A stretch of DNA of 60,821 bases from a virus (Duplodnaviria; Caudoviricetes). Of this stretch, positions 19,732-30,013 are shown piece after piece. The DNA is taken from the IMG/VR virus record IMGVR_UViG_3300025030_000111, positions 1-60,821 of that record; one strand, given 5' to 3'. Numbering within the stretch: the stretch's first letter is position 1; every line of letters starts with the position of its first letter. The notes under the pieces were generated by a model, which saw nothing but the letters and a program-made list of their open reading frames with translations, made no database searches and was not told the DNA's origin. The position numbers were made by a program, and so were the translations under genes.

Positions 19732-21178
19732 TTGTGCAATCAAGCAACTCCAGTTCGACCAGCTTCAATTCAAGGAGATGACCGAAAAATCCCCGGCTCT
19801 CCAACAGAAAATAGATGCCAGCGATTATTCAAAGGCGTCAGAACTCTGTCGAGACTTATTTGCATCAATGTTCAAGTATACGCCTGAGATTAACCCCGAT
19901 GTCGCTCCCGACTATCTGGCCAATCAGAAGGTAATGAGAGAGTTGATGAATCTTAGAGAGTACGAAAATCTGCATGAGCAGACGAAAGGACAAGCAATTC
20001 TTTCTGCCTCCGCCACCCGTAAGTTCTGGGGGGAGGTAGAAGGAAAGTTGCCGGAGAGTGTTAAGGAACACGCCAGAACCACCGAAGAGATTCAAAAACG
20101 AATAAAAAACCTCGTTGAGCGTCAGAAGGCGTATGAGGAGCTGGTCAAAGACTACCCTGAATTACAGGAGGAGTTAGACAGACAGAAGGAGGCTCAAATT
20201 GAAGAAGAGGCGGCCTTGGCAGGAATCCCTGCGCCCTGGACTGATCCGGACGTTACTGACGGACTTAGACAGGCCATCCGAGGAGCACTTGAGGCGGCGG
20301 CACAAGATTCTCAACAACTACAGGACGCTATGGATGTCTTTGGCTGGGGGGACGGCCCCGGAAATGGAGGTGTGGTTGCAGAACGAGAGATCCAATTACT
20401 AGCATCTTCCTTACAACAAAGTAAGGATCTGCAACGACTGGTCGAGTTGGCCGGGAAGTTTCGACGGATCGCCTTAGCTAAAAGGAAACAGAAACTTAGA
20501 CATGAGCCGGATGAGATCGCCGGGATCGAGTTCGGTCAAGACCTGACCCGGATGATTCCCGCCGAGGCTCTCTACCTGGTCGATCCGGAACTGGAGGATC
20601 TCTTCTATAAGAAGTATCTCTCTAGTGAGCTGATGCAGTTAGAATTGGTCAGTAAACCCCCGGAAGGGAAGGGGCCGATCATTGTCTTCAGTGATGTCTC
20701 GGGCTCGATGCAGGGGATTCCTGATATCTGGAGTAAAGCGATCGGCCTAGCCATGCTGACCATTGCTCATAGAGAGGGACGAGATCTCTTTGTCGGTACC
20801 TTCGATACGTCGGTGTACCAGAGTTGGGAGTTTAAAAAAGGGAAGTCCAGAATTACAGACTTATTGAATTACGCCAATAGCTTTAGCGGAGGGGGCACTG
20901 CCTTTGCTCCTCCCTTGAGTAAGGCTCTTGTACAGATTCAAATGTCAGCTTTCAAAGAGGCCGATCTGATCTTTATCACGGATGGGGTTGCCCCCCTGAC
21001 CGATGACTTCCTAAAGAATTTTAACGCAGTGAGAAAGGAGAAAGCTTTTAATGTAATAACAGTACTGATCGGAACAAGCAGTTACAGAGCAAAAGTAGAG
21101 GCATTTAGCGATGAGGTAATCAAAATACAGAACCTCCTGGACGATAAAGTTGTTGAGGAAATTCTAAAGTTACATTAA
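19724..21178 (+). CDS. vWA-domain protein (ViaA-like partner of the MoxR ATPase)
   Basis: MIDAS DVSGS, GGT, ITDG; N-terminal coiled coil. Confidence 0.9.
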   Translation: MDDCAIKQLQFDQLQFKEMTEKSPALQQKIDASDYSKASELCRDLFASMFKYTPEINPDVAPDYLANQKVMRELMNLREYENLHEQTKGQAILSASATRKFWGEVEGKLPESVKEHARTTEEIQKRIKNLVERQKAYEELVKDYPELQEELDRQKEAQIEEEAALAGIPAPWTDPDVTDGLRQAIRGALEAAAQDSQQLQDAMDVFGWGDGPGNGGVVAEREIQLLASSLQQSKDLQRLVELAGKFRRIALAKRKQKLRHEPDEIAGIEFGQDLTRMIPAEALYLVDPELEDLFYKKYLSSELMQLELVSKPPEGKGPIIVFSDVSGSMQGIPDIWSKAIGLAMLTIAHREGRDLFVGTFDTSVYQSWEFKKGKSRITDLLNYANSFSGGGTAFAPPLSKALVQIQMSAFKEADLIFITDGVAPLTDDFLKNFNAVRKEKAFNVITVLIGTSSYRAKVEAFSDEVIKIQNLLDDKVVEEILKLH

Positions 21179-21404
21179 GGAGGAAGAGATTGTATATAGA
21201 AAAAGAAGACTGGTTTAGAATCCAGGACTTTTTTAAGCAAAACTGGGTCACTGAAGATGCTTCGCCAGGAGGTTACTCCGAGTATTGCCGCTACTGCGAA
21301 TCTCCAGTCTGGCACCCGGAACATAAAGAAGGGAGGGCAGAGCATCTATCTAACTGTCTTTACGTATTAGTTATGAAGTATAACTAATAGGAGGAGATAT
21401 AATT

Positions 21405-21878
21405 GTGATCTCTAAAGGCCACATCAGAAGCTGTCGAGCTAAAACACGGCGCGGAACCGTCTATGAAACCTTAGAGGAGGCGCAACAGTCAGCTGCGGCG
21501 GCCAATGTTGCTGAAAAAAGAAAAAAACAGGATCTACTTTACGGGTATCCCTGTCTGCGGTGTGGAAAATTCCACAAGGGAAGTCACAGACGACTGGAAG
21601 GAGCGGAACATGACCAAATTATCAAAAGACTGGAGGGCGGGGAAGATTTACAAGATAGAAGAAGAATCAGCCTACTTCCTGCCGGAGCACGGAAATTGCG
21701 ACAAGAACTGTATCGTTGGCACCTACATCTCAGAGACTGGTGTCTTATTCGATTATCACGCGCTCTACGAAACCTTCTTAGAAATTACCCCGACGGAGCT
21801 AAAAGAGCTGGAAGTATTTCTGTACAGGGAGAAAAAAAGACTAGAAGGCCAACTTATGAGGTTAGAGGGCCTTGTTAA
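21405..21878 (+). CDS. Zn-finger-like protein (SCxxK...YPCxxCGKFH) whose tail overlaps the next gene
   Basis: RBS GGAGGAG with a GTG start; similar to 39621-39839. Confidence 0.5.
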   Translation: MISKGHIRSCRAKTRRGTVYETLEEAQQSAAAANVAEKRKKQDLLYGYPCLRCGKFHKGSHRRLEGAEHDQIIKRLEGGEDLQDRRRISLLPAGARKLRQELYRWHLHLRDWCLIRLSRALRNLLRNYPDGAKRAGSISVQGEKKTRRPTYEVRGPC

Positions 21879-21900
21879 AGCCCACAAACTGGAATATTGA
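21610..21900 (+). CDS. hypothetical protein
   Basis: SD-like AGGAG before ATG 21610; C-terminal coiled coil. Confidence 0.6.
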   Translation: MTKLSKDWRAGKIYKIEEESAYFLPEHGNCDKNCIVGTYISETGVLFDYHALYETFLEITPTELKELEVFLYREKKRLEGQLMRLEGLVKAHKLEY

Positions 21901-21920
21901 AGGGAAAGGAAACAAGAAAA

Positions 21921-22787
21921 ATGACGACAACTGAATTGGAAAAGATGATCGAGACCACCGCCGTAGATCAGAACGAGATCGGCACGAAAGAACTGGGACA
22001 TCTGATCAACATGAAAATTCAAGGAGAGATCCCCCGGATCGAACTGGAGGAGCGTCAAAAGGCCGCCGGGTTGGAGCCTCTGCCCCGGCGGAAACAGAAG
22101 AAGACTGCCCTCTATCAAGCTTTAAAAGAGCTGGCGGGTAAGAACACTTTGCTGGCCTATGTCGGAATGGACGGGGAGTGGGCTGTCTACCGGCTGGTTG
22201 ATCAGTTTATCGACAAGATCGCCAACGAGGTAGACTTCTCCAAGCGGAACCGTATTCGGTTTAATACCGTGACCGATACAATCATCTTTGAGCTACCGGA
22301 GAGTATCGAGCAGGAGGTAAAGAACCGGCTGGCCCATTACTTGGGAACTTATACCGCCGATGATATTTACGATGTCTCCCAGCGGTATATTGAGTCCAAG
22401 TTCGCCGGGATTCGGATCGGTCGAGGTCTCTTCTTCGTCCCGGAGTCCTTCTCCGCCCAGACTTTGGCCCTCAAGTCGTTCGTCGATGCCATCCCCAACA
22501 GCAAGCTGCTGAGGATTGCCGTGGTTAATGACCAGGAGAACCAGAAGTCGATGTACAATGCCTTTATCGAGCAGTTGACCGAGGAGTACGACACACTGAG
22601 AGAGAACATCAAAGAGTTGGCAACCCGAGACGGACACATCCGGGTCAAGAACTTCAATGATAACTTCCAATCCTTCCGGCAACGGGTCGATATCTACTCC
22701 ACAGCCATGAACCGGGACAGCCGGGTACTGGAACAGAAGATCAACCAACTGGAGGCCGAGTTCAAACAGGCGCTTGCAGGAAGGTAG
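21921..22787 (+). CDS. helical hypothetical protein (possibly DUF6744-like, AAA/vWA-associated)
   Basis: GLFFVP motif and C-terminal coiled coil; family name recalled, not searched. Confidence 0.55.
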   Translation: MTTTELEKMIETTAVDQNEIGTKELGHLINMKIQGEIPRIELEERQKAAGLEPLPRRKQKKTALYQALKELAGKNTLLAYVGMDGEWAVYRLVDQFIDKIANEVDFSKRNRIRFNTVTDTIIFELPESIEQEVKNRLAHYLGTYTADDIYDVSQRYIESKFAGIRIGRGLFFVPESFSAQTLALKSFVDAIPNSKLLRIAVVNDQENQKSMYNAFIEQLTEEYDTLRENIKELATRDGHIRVKNFNDNFQSFRQRVDIYSTAMNRDSRVLEQKINQLEAEFKQALAGR

Positions 22788-22806
22788 GTAAAACGAGTAA
22801 GATAAA

Positions 22807-22851
22807 AGGGGGCGGGAGCACCTGAAGACTGTTACCCCGCCCCCCTCTTTA
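22807..22851 (+). terminator. putative intrinsic terminator
   Basis: GGGGGCGGG...CCCGCCCCC stem followed by TCTTT. Confidence 0.55.
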
Positions 22852-22865
22852 ATTCAGTAAGGTGT

Positions 22866-24404
22866 TTGGGAGAAGGTATTGTGCTTGTAGAAACCAAACT
22901 TAATTCTGCTGAACAGCTAGCAAGACTCTACCCAGGGGCGGAACAGGAATACAACAACTTTATCGCCTACATCTATAAAAATCATCGTCAATCCCTCCGG
23001 TTCAACCAGGAGATTATTGACCAGTTATTAATCGATAGCTTCTCCAAAAAACAAACACTAAAGAAAGTCTTAAATCTCGGAGACAATCTAAGGCGAGACA
23101 TTCCCTTCTCTGTAGAAACAGGGGGGAAGCCCTTCTTTCTCTGGATACGAAAAGCGATCTCCCACCTTATTTACGAAGGATTTATGTCGGTCGAAGATAA
23201 CCTCCCATTTTATAAACTCGTCTCCAAAATCAACTTCCCGATTAAGGGCGGGAAAGGCGCAAAAAGATTTCTAGGGGACTGCATAGAAAACAAACTATTT
23301 CCTATTAAAAATTCTAAAAACTCTTTAAAAATAACCAAATTCTTCAGCCTAGTCAAACAAATAGCGCCCAAAGAATACACCCTCGTAAAAGAAAAACTAT
23401 GTTGCGGAGACGACCCGCTGGATCTTCTAGCTCTGTTTTACGCCCTACCAAATATCGGAACCTTCACTCTGACAGCAAATCCCTTTGATTTGCTTCTTCT
23501 GTCGGAGAACGCGCTCTATAAAGTCTGCACCTGCCTGAACCCGCGTTCCAAGGCCAACAATATTGATGCTGATTACAGTAACGGGCTGATTAGCTATTGC
23601 CGAGACAAGTTCACACTAGCGGCCCTTGTTCTAGGCGAGAAGGATCAATATCCAAAGAAAAGAAGGGGGAGGCTTCTCCTGCATGTCATGCCGGAGAAGA
23701 ATAGCCTGATTCTAGGCCGTCGCTACGGAGAGGTCAGTCATAAAATGCTGCTCCTGCTGCAAAAAGAGCTGGTCGTGACCTTAAACAAAACAATGCGGAC
23801 AGAGACAACCTGGTACAGCAAAAACTACCAACACCCCTATACCAAGATCAAAAAAGCAAAGTCCCGCAACCTGACCAAAGTAGAGGGAGCTGTCTATTTC
23901 GACAAACTGGACACTCGCATTGTCATCAACAGAAAAGAGTTGAAACAAAGAATCACCAATTCCGATATACCCACGATCCAATTTGAACCCGCGCTCTGCT
24001 TTCGCTGTGGGAAGAACACCTACCATACCTCCTATTGGCAATGTAAAAAGTGCGCCCCCTACCCTTATAAGTGTCGAGAATGTAGGTGCAGGCTCTCCCA
24101 GGAAACCGACTTTGCCGACGATAGCCGAGAGATCAGAAATCATTTCTGTGAACGTTGCTATGGAAAGACAGTCAAAAAGTGCGGCTGCTGTAACAAGGAG
24201 TACTACCAATCTCTATTAGCCACCTATCAAAAAGAGGAGGAAGGAGTAAAAATAAATCTTTGCTTAAAGTGTCTAAAAAACTATACAATTTCGTGCTCTA
24301 GATGCACAGAGGTGATTTATATTAATCTCCAAGGAAAGCTTCCAGACGAATACATCTGTAATGAATGTGTAGAAACGACAGTAGCTGATGCGCCCAATCA
24401 TTGA
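22866..24404 (+). CDS. hypothetical protein with multiple C-terminal CxxC zinc fingers
   Basis: 512 aa; eight CxxC pairs in the last ~140 aa; ANPFDLLLLS...CTCL motif; start codon uncertain. Confidence 0.7.
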   Translation: MGEGIVLVETKLNSAEQLARLYPGAEQEYNNFIAYIYKNHRQSLRFNQEIIDQLLIDSFSKKQTLKKVLNLGDNLRRDIPFSVETGGKPFFLWIRKAISHLIYEGFMSVEDNLPFYKLVSKINFPIKGGKGAKRFLGDCIENKLFPIKNSKNSLKITKFFSLVKQIAPKEYTLVKEKLCCGDDPLDLLALFYALPNIGTFTLTANPFDLLLLSENALYKVCTCLNPRSKANNIDADYSNGLISYCRDKFTLAALVLGEKDQYPKKRRGRLLLHVMPEKNSLILGRRYGEVSHKMLLLLQKELVVTLNKTMRTETTWYSKNYQHPYTKIKKAKSRNLTKVEGAVYFDKLDTRIVINRKELKQRITNSDIPTIQFEPALCFRCGKNTYHTSYWQCKKCAPYPYKCRECRCRLSQETDFADDSREIRNHFCERCYGKTVKKCGCCNKEYYQSLLATYQKEEEGVKINLCLKCLKNYTISCSRCTEVIYINLQGKLPDEYICNECVETTVADAPNH

Positions 24405-25482
24405 CGTTGGGAGATCCTACTATCTTGTTGGAGGCGAAATAATCAAAATTGTGAAATTCGACGAGCGCCGAGGATTCATAGACAACCGGGGTAACGCCCA
24501 TAATGGGTACGGGGGTCAAGATATTGTACGGGAGTTGACCCCCGACGAGTACACAATCAGACGATTAGAAGATGATTGGGAGGCCGCTAATTGAAATCAC
24601 CAACCTATATTCACAACTGCCCAAGTTGCTACTTCTTAGGACAATTCAAACAGGCGGACCTTTACGCCTGTCTCAAAAACGGAAAACCGCATTCCTTTGT
24701 GGCAAGAACTGGGAATCGCCCGGATACCTACATTTCGGGCGGTAGTGTCAGAGATATAAGATTGAGGAGGGCAAAAGAGCTGTGGGAAACCCAAATGTTG
24801 AAAGTATCCACAACCGTCCAGACCTGATCGAGAAACGTCTCAGATACGCCCGCCATCATATTCCAGAACTAGAATACCGGCGGGCCTTCAAACAATGTAA
24901 ATTTTACCCAGATAAAGATATTCTTGTCTCATTAAACGGCAAGTTTGCCCTGTCATGGAGAGAGAAGCCGGAGGTGATTGTAGGAAAGCAGAATATCGGG
25001 TCAGTTCAATTCTTAATGTTAGACGAAGTGAAGGAGGCGCTCAGTGAGTCCATACGCAATTGAAAAAAGAGGCGGAGAATTTCTGATCACAACTCCCAAT
25101 GGAGGATGGGAAACCAGGAACCTCTATACAGGGAAACTAACTGATTTTTCGATAGACCCGGAACTCGACTATGTTGATTTTCGAGAGATGGAACAAGAAC
25201 TTCAAAAACTTGTACAAGAGGAAAGAAATCAGCCTCAAAAACCGTAAAAGAAAGGAAAGGAACATGGGTAAACTATTTATGCGGCTGGGAGGCTGGACTC
25301 TCAAACAGATCTGGGACAAGTACAAGGGGCCAGGGCAAAATGTAGAAAATGTCATGGCCGTTGTCAAAGAACACGCAATTTACCGAGAGGGCGAGAAAGA
25401 AAATACCCGTTATCTCTTTTGTGACGGGGTAGCCAAGATCCAACCAAGCGGGCAAACTTCCATCTCTCTCAACGATGAGTAG
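24388..25482 (+). CDS. cluster of small hypothetical genes (24388-24594, 24591-24827, 24782-25063, 25044-25247, 25264-25482)
   Basis: Overlapping coupled ORFs. Confidence 0.55.
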
Positions 25483-25488
25483 AAAAAT

Positions 25489-25532
25489 TTGAAACTGTAC
25501 AAGCCCTCCGTCTATAATAAAGAAGGAGGGCT
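25489..25532 (+). promoter_or_regulatory. promoter TTGAAA-18-TATAAT with the -10 enclosed by an inverted repeat
   Basis: AGCCCTCC (25502-25509) / GGAGGGCT (25525-25532); the right arm contains the RBS. Confidence 0.6.
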
Positions 25533-25538
25533 AAAGAT

Positions 25539-26293
25539 GTGGATAAATTATTATGGAAGAAATTAACCAAAGCCCTGCATGAGCAGTCTATTGCCAGAGT
25601 AGAGCTGGAAGACGGAGAGTGTCTGATCGGTTTTATCCGAGAGATCGGAGAGGAATATTTTGAGATCCGTTGCCGATCCTACATCGCCAACAACCTCCAC
25701 ATGATGGACGACAACGAACCGGCTGATCTAAAATATTCTGATCGAGCCGTCTCTTTAGGAAGCATCTATCAGTTTGAGGGCGACAGCTCGCACTCTCTCC
25801 TACCGGATCAACTCAACGGCCTTCTTTTCCACAAGCAGGCAATCTCAAAAGAGGATTGGCGAGGAAAAGAGCTAAAAGGAAAACTTCCCAAGAAAGAGGA
25901 GGAACCGTGCGAGAACACAACTCAGAAGACATCTTAAGGGCGATGGGGTTAACCCCGGAAATCCTCAAACAAATGGGTATGACGGCTCACGTGGTCTTTG
26001 GAAATCAACAGCTCCAAAACGAACCTGTTGTTGTCGGAGAAATGGAGGATAGCGAGATCTTCACCCAAAAAGCTCTCATTGTCCGAAGCAAGGAGATCAA
26101 TCGAGAACTAGACGAACTTCGACTGAAAAAAGACCAGATCGCTCACGACCTGGAACAACTCAACCTCTCTATTGTAAAGCGGCTGGGGCTTGTCCGGGAG
26201 GATCTGATCTCAACCACCCTCGATAATAAGATTGTTGTTTACAAATCAGCAGCAATCAGAGAGGGCCTACCCTACAGTAAACATTCCTCCTAA
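25539..26293 (+). CDS. two hypothetical genes (25539-25937; about 25907-26293 coiled coil)
   Basis: ORFs with SD motifs, lying between a promoter and a terminator. Confidence 0.6.
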
Positions 26294-26313
26294 CGCTATC
26301 CCACCTGCCCACA

Positions 26314-26350
26314 GGAAGACCCCCCGGATTACAGTCTGGGGGGTCTTTCC
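26314..26350. terminator. terminator hairpin between convergent genes
   Basis: GGAAGACCCCCC...GGGGGGTCTTTCC. Confidence 0.7.
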
Positions 26351-26360
26351 TACAACCTAA

Positions 26361-26741
26361 TCAGCGGACGGAGGTAACGAGTTCAGATGCCTTGATCCGG
26401 CTAGGGCCGAGCTTTCCTGTGTCCCGGAGCAGCTTGTAGTAGTGGGGGTTCAGACTTCCCTGGTAGCCAGAGGCGATCATCTGCCGCTTCCAGTTCTGAA
26501 ACTCCTCCTTCTTGACTCCCTCCGGCCAACCGATCTTATTTTTCACAGTTGCTTTAACCAGGTTGGGGGAGGGTCTAAAGGTGACTTCATTGATCATCGG
26601 CGCAGCCTCCTGGACAGGCTCCTGGGGGGCCTGATTGGCAACAGAGAGCATATCCACAATCAATGCCGGAATCTCATGTGGATTAACGTCTGAACGCCTA
26701 ATCAGAAGCTCCATTAACTCGTAAATCTTATCCTTGGCCAT
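26361..26741 (-). CDS. stand-alone minus-strand hypothetical protein, possible regulator
   Basis: RBS GAGG; own promoter TTGACG-18-TATAAC at about 26809-26780; own terminator. Confidence 0.7.
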   Translation of the reverse strand: MAKDKIYELMELLIRRSDVNPHEIPALIVDMLSVANQAPQEPVQEAAPMINEVTFRPSPNLVKATVKNKIGWPEGVKKEEFQNWKRQMIASGYQGSLNPHYYKLLRDTGKLGPSRIKASELVTSVR

Positions 26742-26863
26742 GTGACAAACCTCTTTCTTACTTCGATATTCCAACTGTGTTATAGCTATATTATAGGGGA
26801 TACGTCAAGTGGTCTTGCGTATCAGATTGAAAATTTAACCTTAGTTAGAAAGGAGAAATAAAA

Positions 26864-27397
26864 TTGAAAGTGATTACATTGCGCCCTCTCAGACTGGCAG
26901 ATTGGGGAGGCAGACCTACTCTGACCAGATTTGGTGTGGATCAAAAAACTGACTGCCCTAAAGGCGCAACCTTTCCGGTCATTGGAGAATTGAAATACAA
27001 CTACATCATTGACTTGGGAGAGGGATACTCAGCCAAAGTCTCCAAACACGACGTCCTTATTTTACAAGGAGGAAGAGAGATGCATAGCAAAATTAATGGC
27101 CTCAGCTTCAGGACCAACATTCCCTGGGACCAAATCAAAGTTGGGGATAGCCTGATGCTGGTCCACGACCCCTGCGGTAAGACTTCCCAGATGGAACACA
27201 CGGACCCTTTTGCTCTCATGATTGTCCATGAAAAAACGAATTTCCACCTGGGATTTGTCCCAAAGGAGACCGCTAAACTTCTTTTGGATAATATCAAGGC
27301 TACCCTCTTCCAATGTCAGATCACAGAGATTACAGGAGGTTACGGAGAGAAGACAAATAAGGGCGTAAATATCAAGATCTGTTACGAATTAGAATAA
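26864..27397 (+). CDS. HIRAN-domain protein
   Basis: C-terminal GLSFR...L..DP...DPFAL...HLGFVPKE HIRAN pattern. Confidence 0.75.
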   Translation: MKVITLRPLRLADWGGRPTLTRFGVDQKTDCPKGATFPVIGELKYNYIIDLGEGYSAKVSKHDVLILQGGREMHSKINGLSFRTNIPWDQIKVGDSLMLVHDPCGKTSQMEHTDPFALMIVHEKTNFHLGFVPKETAKLLLDNIKATLFQCQITEITGGYGEKTNKGVNIKICYELE

Positions 27398-27401
27398 ATG
27401 A

Positions 27402-27492
27402 TTGACAGAAAATAGGAGACAAACTACTATAAAATTAGGCTCAAACAGGAGCAAAATAAGAGCGAAAAACAGGAGCATTTTAGGAGCATTTT
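27402..27492 (+). promoter_or_regulatory. sigma70 promoter (TTGACA-17-TACTAT) followed by four GAGC-core direct repeats
   Basis: GAGC cores at 27449, 27460, 27473 and 27484; AGGAGCATTTT occurs twice. Confidence 0.7.
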
Positions 27493-27522
27493 ATGGACTT
27501 GATTTTGAAAGGAGTCGAATAG

Positions 27523-28251
27523 ATGCCCAAACCACCAACAGTTAAGGTTGTATTAAGTGTACCTACCGTTCACGCTGAATGTGTCAGACGTGTAGCGGCA
27601 GAGGTTGGTCTCACCATGTCAGCTCTGTATCGGGTTATTCTCAAGGAGTATTTACAAAAGTACATACAGAACGGGAAAAATCTTAATTTAAATTTCAGTA
27701 AAGAAACCTTGACAGAACTGGAAAATCCCGCTACCCTTAATTTTTTTAATAAAAGAGAAAGAAGAAAAATTATAAATCGTCCTTCTATCGTCCCTCCTGT
27801 ATCTATCTATCCGACAGACAGAATCCCGAAAGACGAAGGAATGACGACCTCTCACTTTTCTCTCCCCCCGGGAGGAGAAGAGGCCACACTAAACGCTTTA
27901 ATATTTCAAAATTTAAAAACCTTTAAACTTATCCAAAAAAATAATACTCATCAATACCTTGCTAAACTCCTTGGAGATACTTTTGGAAAGATAAAAATAA
28001 TTCAAATATTGATTGATAAAGATTGGAATAGCCTGAATCAAATTATCTATAAAATAAATTCAAAAAAAGAAAAGAATCAGTTAATAGATAATGAGATTAG
28101 TTATTTCCTTAAGTCCATAGAATCAAGTAAAGTGGATAGAATTCCCTTTGATAACTTCAAACCGTTTTTAAAAAATTTCCTAAAAAATAAAAAATCAGAG
28201 GATTATTGGACAATTACCAATGGTTTTCCAACAGAGGCTGAACATGATTGA
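27523..28251 (+). CDS. putative DNA-binding / replication-initiation protein with an N-terminal RHH-like domain
   Basis: VKVVLSVP...AAEVGLTMSALYRVIL RHH-like pattern; very AT-rich 3' half; first gene of the replication block. Confidence 0.5.
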   Translation: MPKPPTVKVVLSVPTVHAECVRRVAAEVGLTMSALYRVILKEYLQKYIQNGKNLNLNFSKETLTELENPATLNFFNKRERRKIINRPSIVPPVSIYPTDRIPKDEGMTTSHFSLPPGGEEATLNALIFQNLKTFKLIQKNNTHQYLAKLLGDTFGKIKIIQILIDKDWNSLNQIIYKINSKKEKNQLIDNEISYFLKSIESSKVDRIPFDNFKPFLKNFLKNKKSEDYWTITNGFPTEAEHD

Positions 28252-29989
28252 AATAAGTAAGCAGAGTAATCAAATAGGTCTTTCCATTAAGACCCAGGAA
28301 GATCGTATTTTTCAGAAAGCCATTCAGATCTGTAAAGAGATGAAGGGACGGTATGAACCAGAGAATCGTCAGTGGCTTTTCCCAACGTATCGTCTCCTGG
28401 AAATATTGGAGAAGCTAAGTCTGGTTGATCATCTGGAGTTGGACTATCCCCTAAGAAAAGAGATGGAAAGACAAATTTCCGGTCTTTCCCCTGAAGCAGA
28501 AGCTATTCTTCATGAGCTTTCCCCCGTATTGATGAAACATCAAATCTCAGGAGCTAAATTCCTTCTGCAAGGACACTCTCTCTTGTTGGATTCCCTGGGG
28601 GTCGGGAAAACCCGTGCCACCTTAGCTTCTCTGCTGGTTCGGCTGAAAACCCAACAAATATCCCGCTTTCTTATCCTCTGTCCCGCCTCAGTTATTTCCT
28701 CTTGGCAGAGTGAATACGAGATCTGCTCCCAACAAATTGGTCTGAAGGTGCCGCTAATTTTCATTGCTTCATCAAGTAAGATGACCTCGTACAAGGCCAA
28801 ATTAGAGGAGGAAAAGTCTTTTGGGTGCATTATGACCTCCGACCTATTTAAGAGGGCTCCTGAGAAGTGTCAGGCACTTCTCAACGAGTTTAAGCAGGTC
28901 AACGGAAACATCCATATTCTTGATTGGGTAATTATATTCGACGAAATTCACGCCCTGGCAAATCCAGCAAGTAATATTTCAAAGGCGATCCGACTTGTAA
29001 GTCCTACTTACAAGATCGGTCTAACGGCGACCCTCTTGCCTAAGAATGTCGAGAACGTTTGGAGTCCAGTTGATTGGGTCAGGCCGGATTATCTAGGCAA
29101 TTACTGGGCCTTCTACAGCCGTCATGTCGTCACCCAGGATCGGAAAATTAGAACACCGCAAGGCCCGAGAACAATCAAAGAGAAGATCGGCTATAAGAAC
29201 CTTGATCATCTCCGGAAGCAGATCCAGGAGATCTCTTTAAGAAGGGAAAGGCATGAGGTTCTAGATCTGCCGCCTCAGATTTTTATTACCCGGTACGTGA
29301 GCATGACCAAAGAACAGCAGAAGATCTATGAGGCAGTGAAACAACAGCTTTATGATGAGTTGAAAGGAATGAACGCGGATGAGATTTACAAAGCCATTGT
29401 TCTCTTTCCGATGGTTAAAGCGATACGGCTTCTGCAAGCGGCCAACGATCCCTCTCTGTTCGGAGAGGCAGGTTCATCTATCAAGCTGGAAGAGATGGAG
29501 AGGGTTCTCGAAGAATCTGAAGAACCAGCGATTATCTGGACAAATTGGCAAGGGCAGATGGATCGTCTTAAGGAGCATTTCCGAGATGCCGCTGTCTACA
29601 TAGATGGCCGTACCCCTCAGAATCAGAGAGCCTCGGCAGTGGCCAGGTTCCAAGCTGGTGAAGTAGACATCTTCTGCGGAAATCCCGCAGCAGCAGGTGA
29701 AGGGATCAATCTTCAACGCGCTACCTTAGCGATCTATCTGGACCGTTCTTATTCAGCCGTAGATCGGATTCAAAGCCTCGCCAGAAATTATCGTTATGGG
29801 AGTGTTAATAGAGTTACTGTGGTTGATTTGATAACTCGCGGCACCATTGATGAAATACCACTTCGCGTTATTAGTCAGAATTTTGAGACGATGGAAAAGG
29901 TAATAAGAGGAGGAGACATAGATAAGAAAAAACTTTACGAAGAGTTGATTCAGGCGGGAGTAGTTGAACTCCCCAAAGGAAAAGTGTAA
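28244..29989 (+). CDS. SNF2-family DEAD/DEAH-like helicase
   Basis: DSLGVGKT, FDEIH, LTAT, AAGEGINLQ, QSLARNYRYG. Confidence 0.92.
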   Translation: MIEISKQSNQIGLSIKTQEDRIFQKAIQICKEMKGRYEPENRQWLFPTYRLLEILEKLSLVDHLELDYPLRKEMERQISGLSPEAEAILHELSPVLMKHQISGAKFLLQGHSLLLDSLGVGKTRATLASLLVRLKTQQISRFLILCPASVISSWQSEYEICSQQIGLKVPLIFIASSSKMTSYKAKLEEEKSFGCIMTSDLFKRAPEKCQALLNEFKQVNGNIHILDWVIIFDEIHALANPASNISKAIRLVSPTYKIGLTATLLPKNVENVWSPVDWVRPDYLGNYWAFYSRHVVTQDRKIRTPQGPRTIKEKIGYKNLDHLRKQIQEISLRRERHEVLDLPPQIFITRYVSMTKEQQKIYEAVKQQLYDELKGMNADEIYKAIVLFPMVKAIRLLQAANDPSLFGEAGSSIKLEEMERVLEESEEPAIIWTNWQGQMDRLKEHFRDAAVYIDGRTPQNQRASAVARFQAGEVDIFCGNPAAAGEGINLQRATLAIYLDRSYSAVDRIQSLARNYRYGSVNRVTVVDLITRGTIDEIPLRVISQNFETMEKVIRGGDIDKKKLYEELIQAGVVELPKGKV

Positions 29990-30013
29990 GCTGAAGAGGC
30001 AAGGAGAAAAAAG

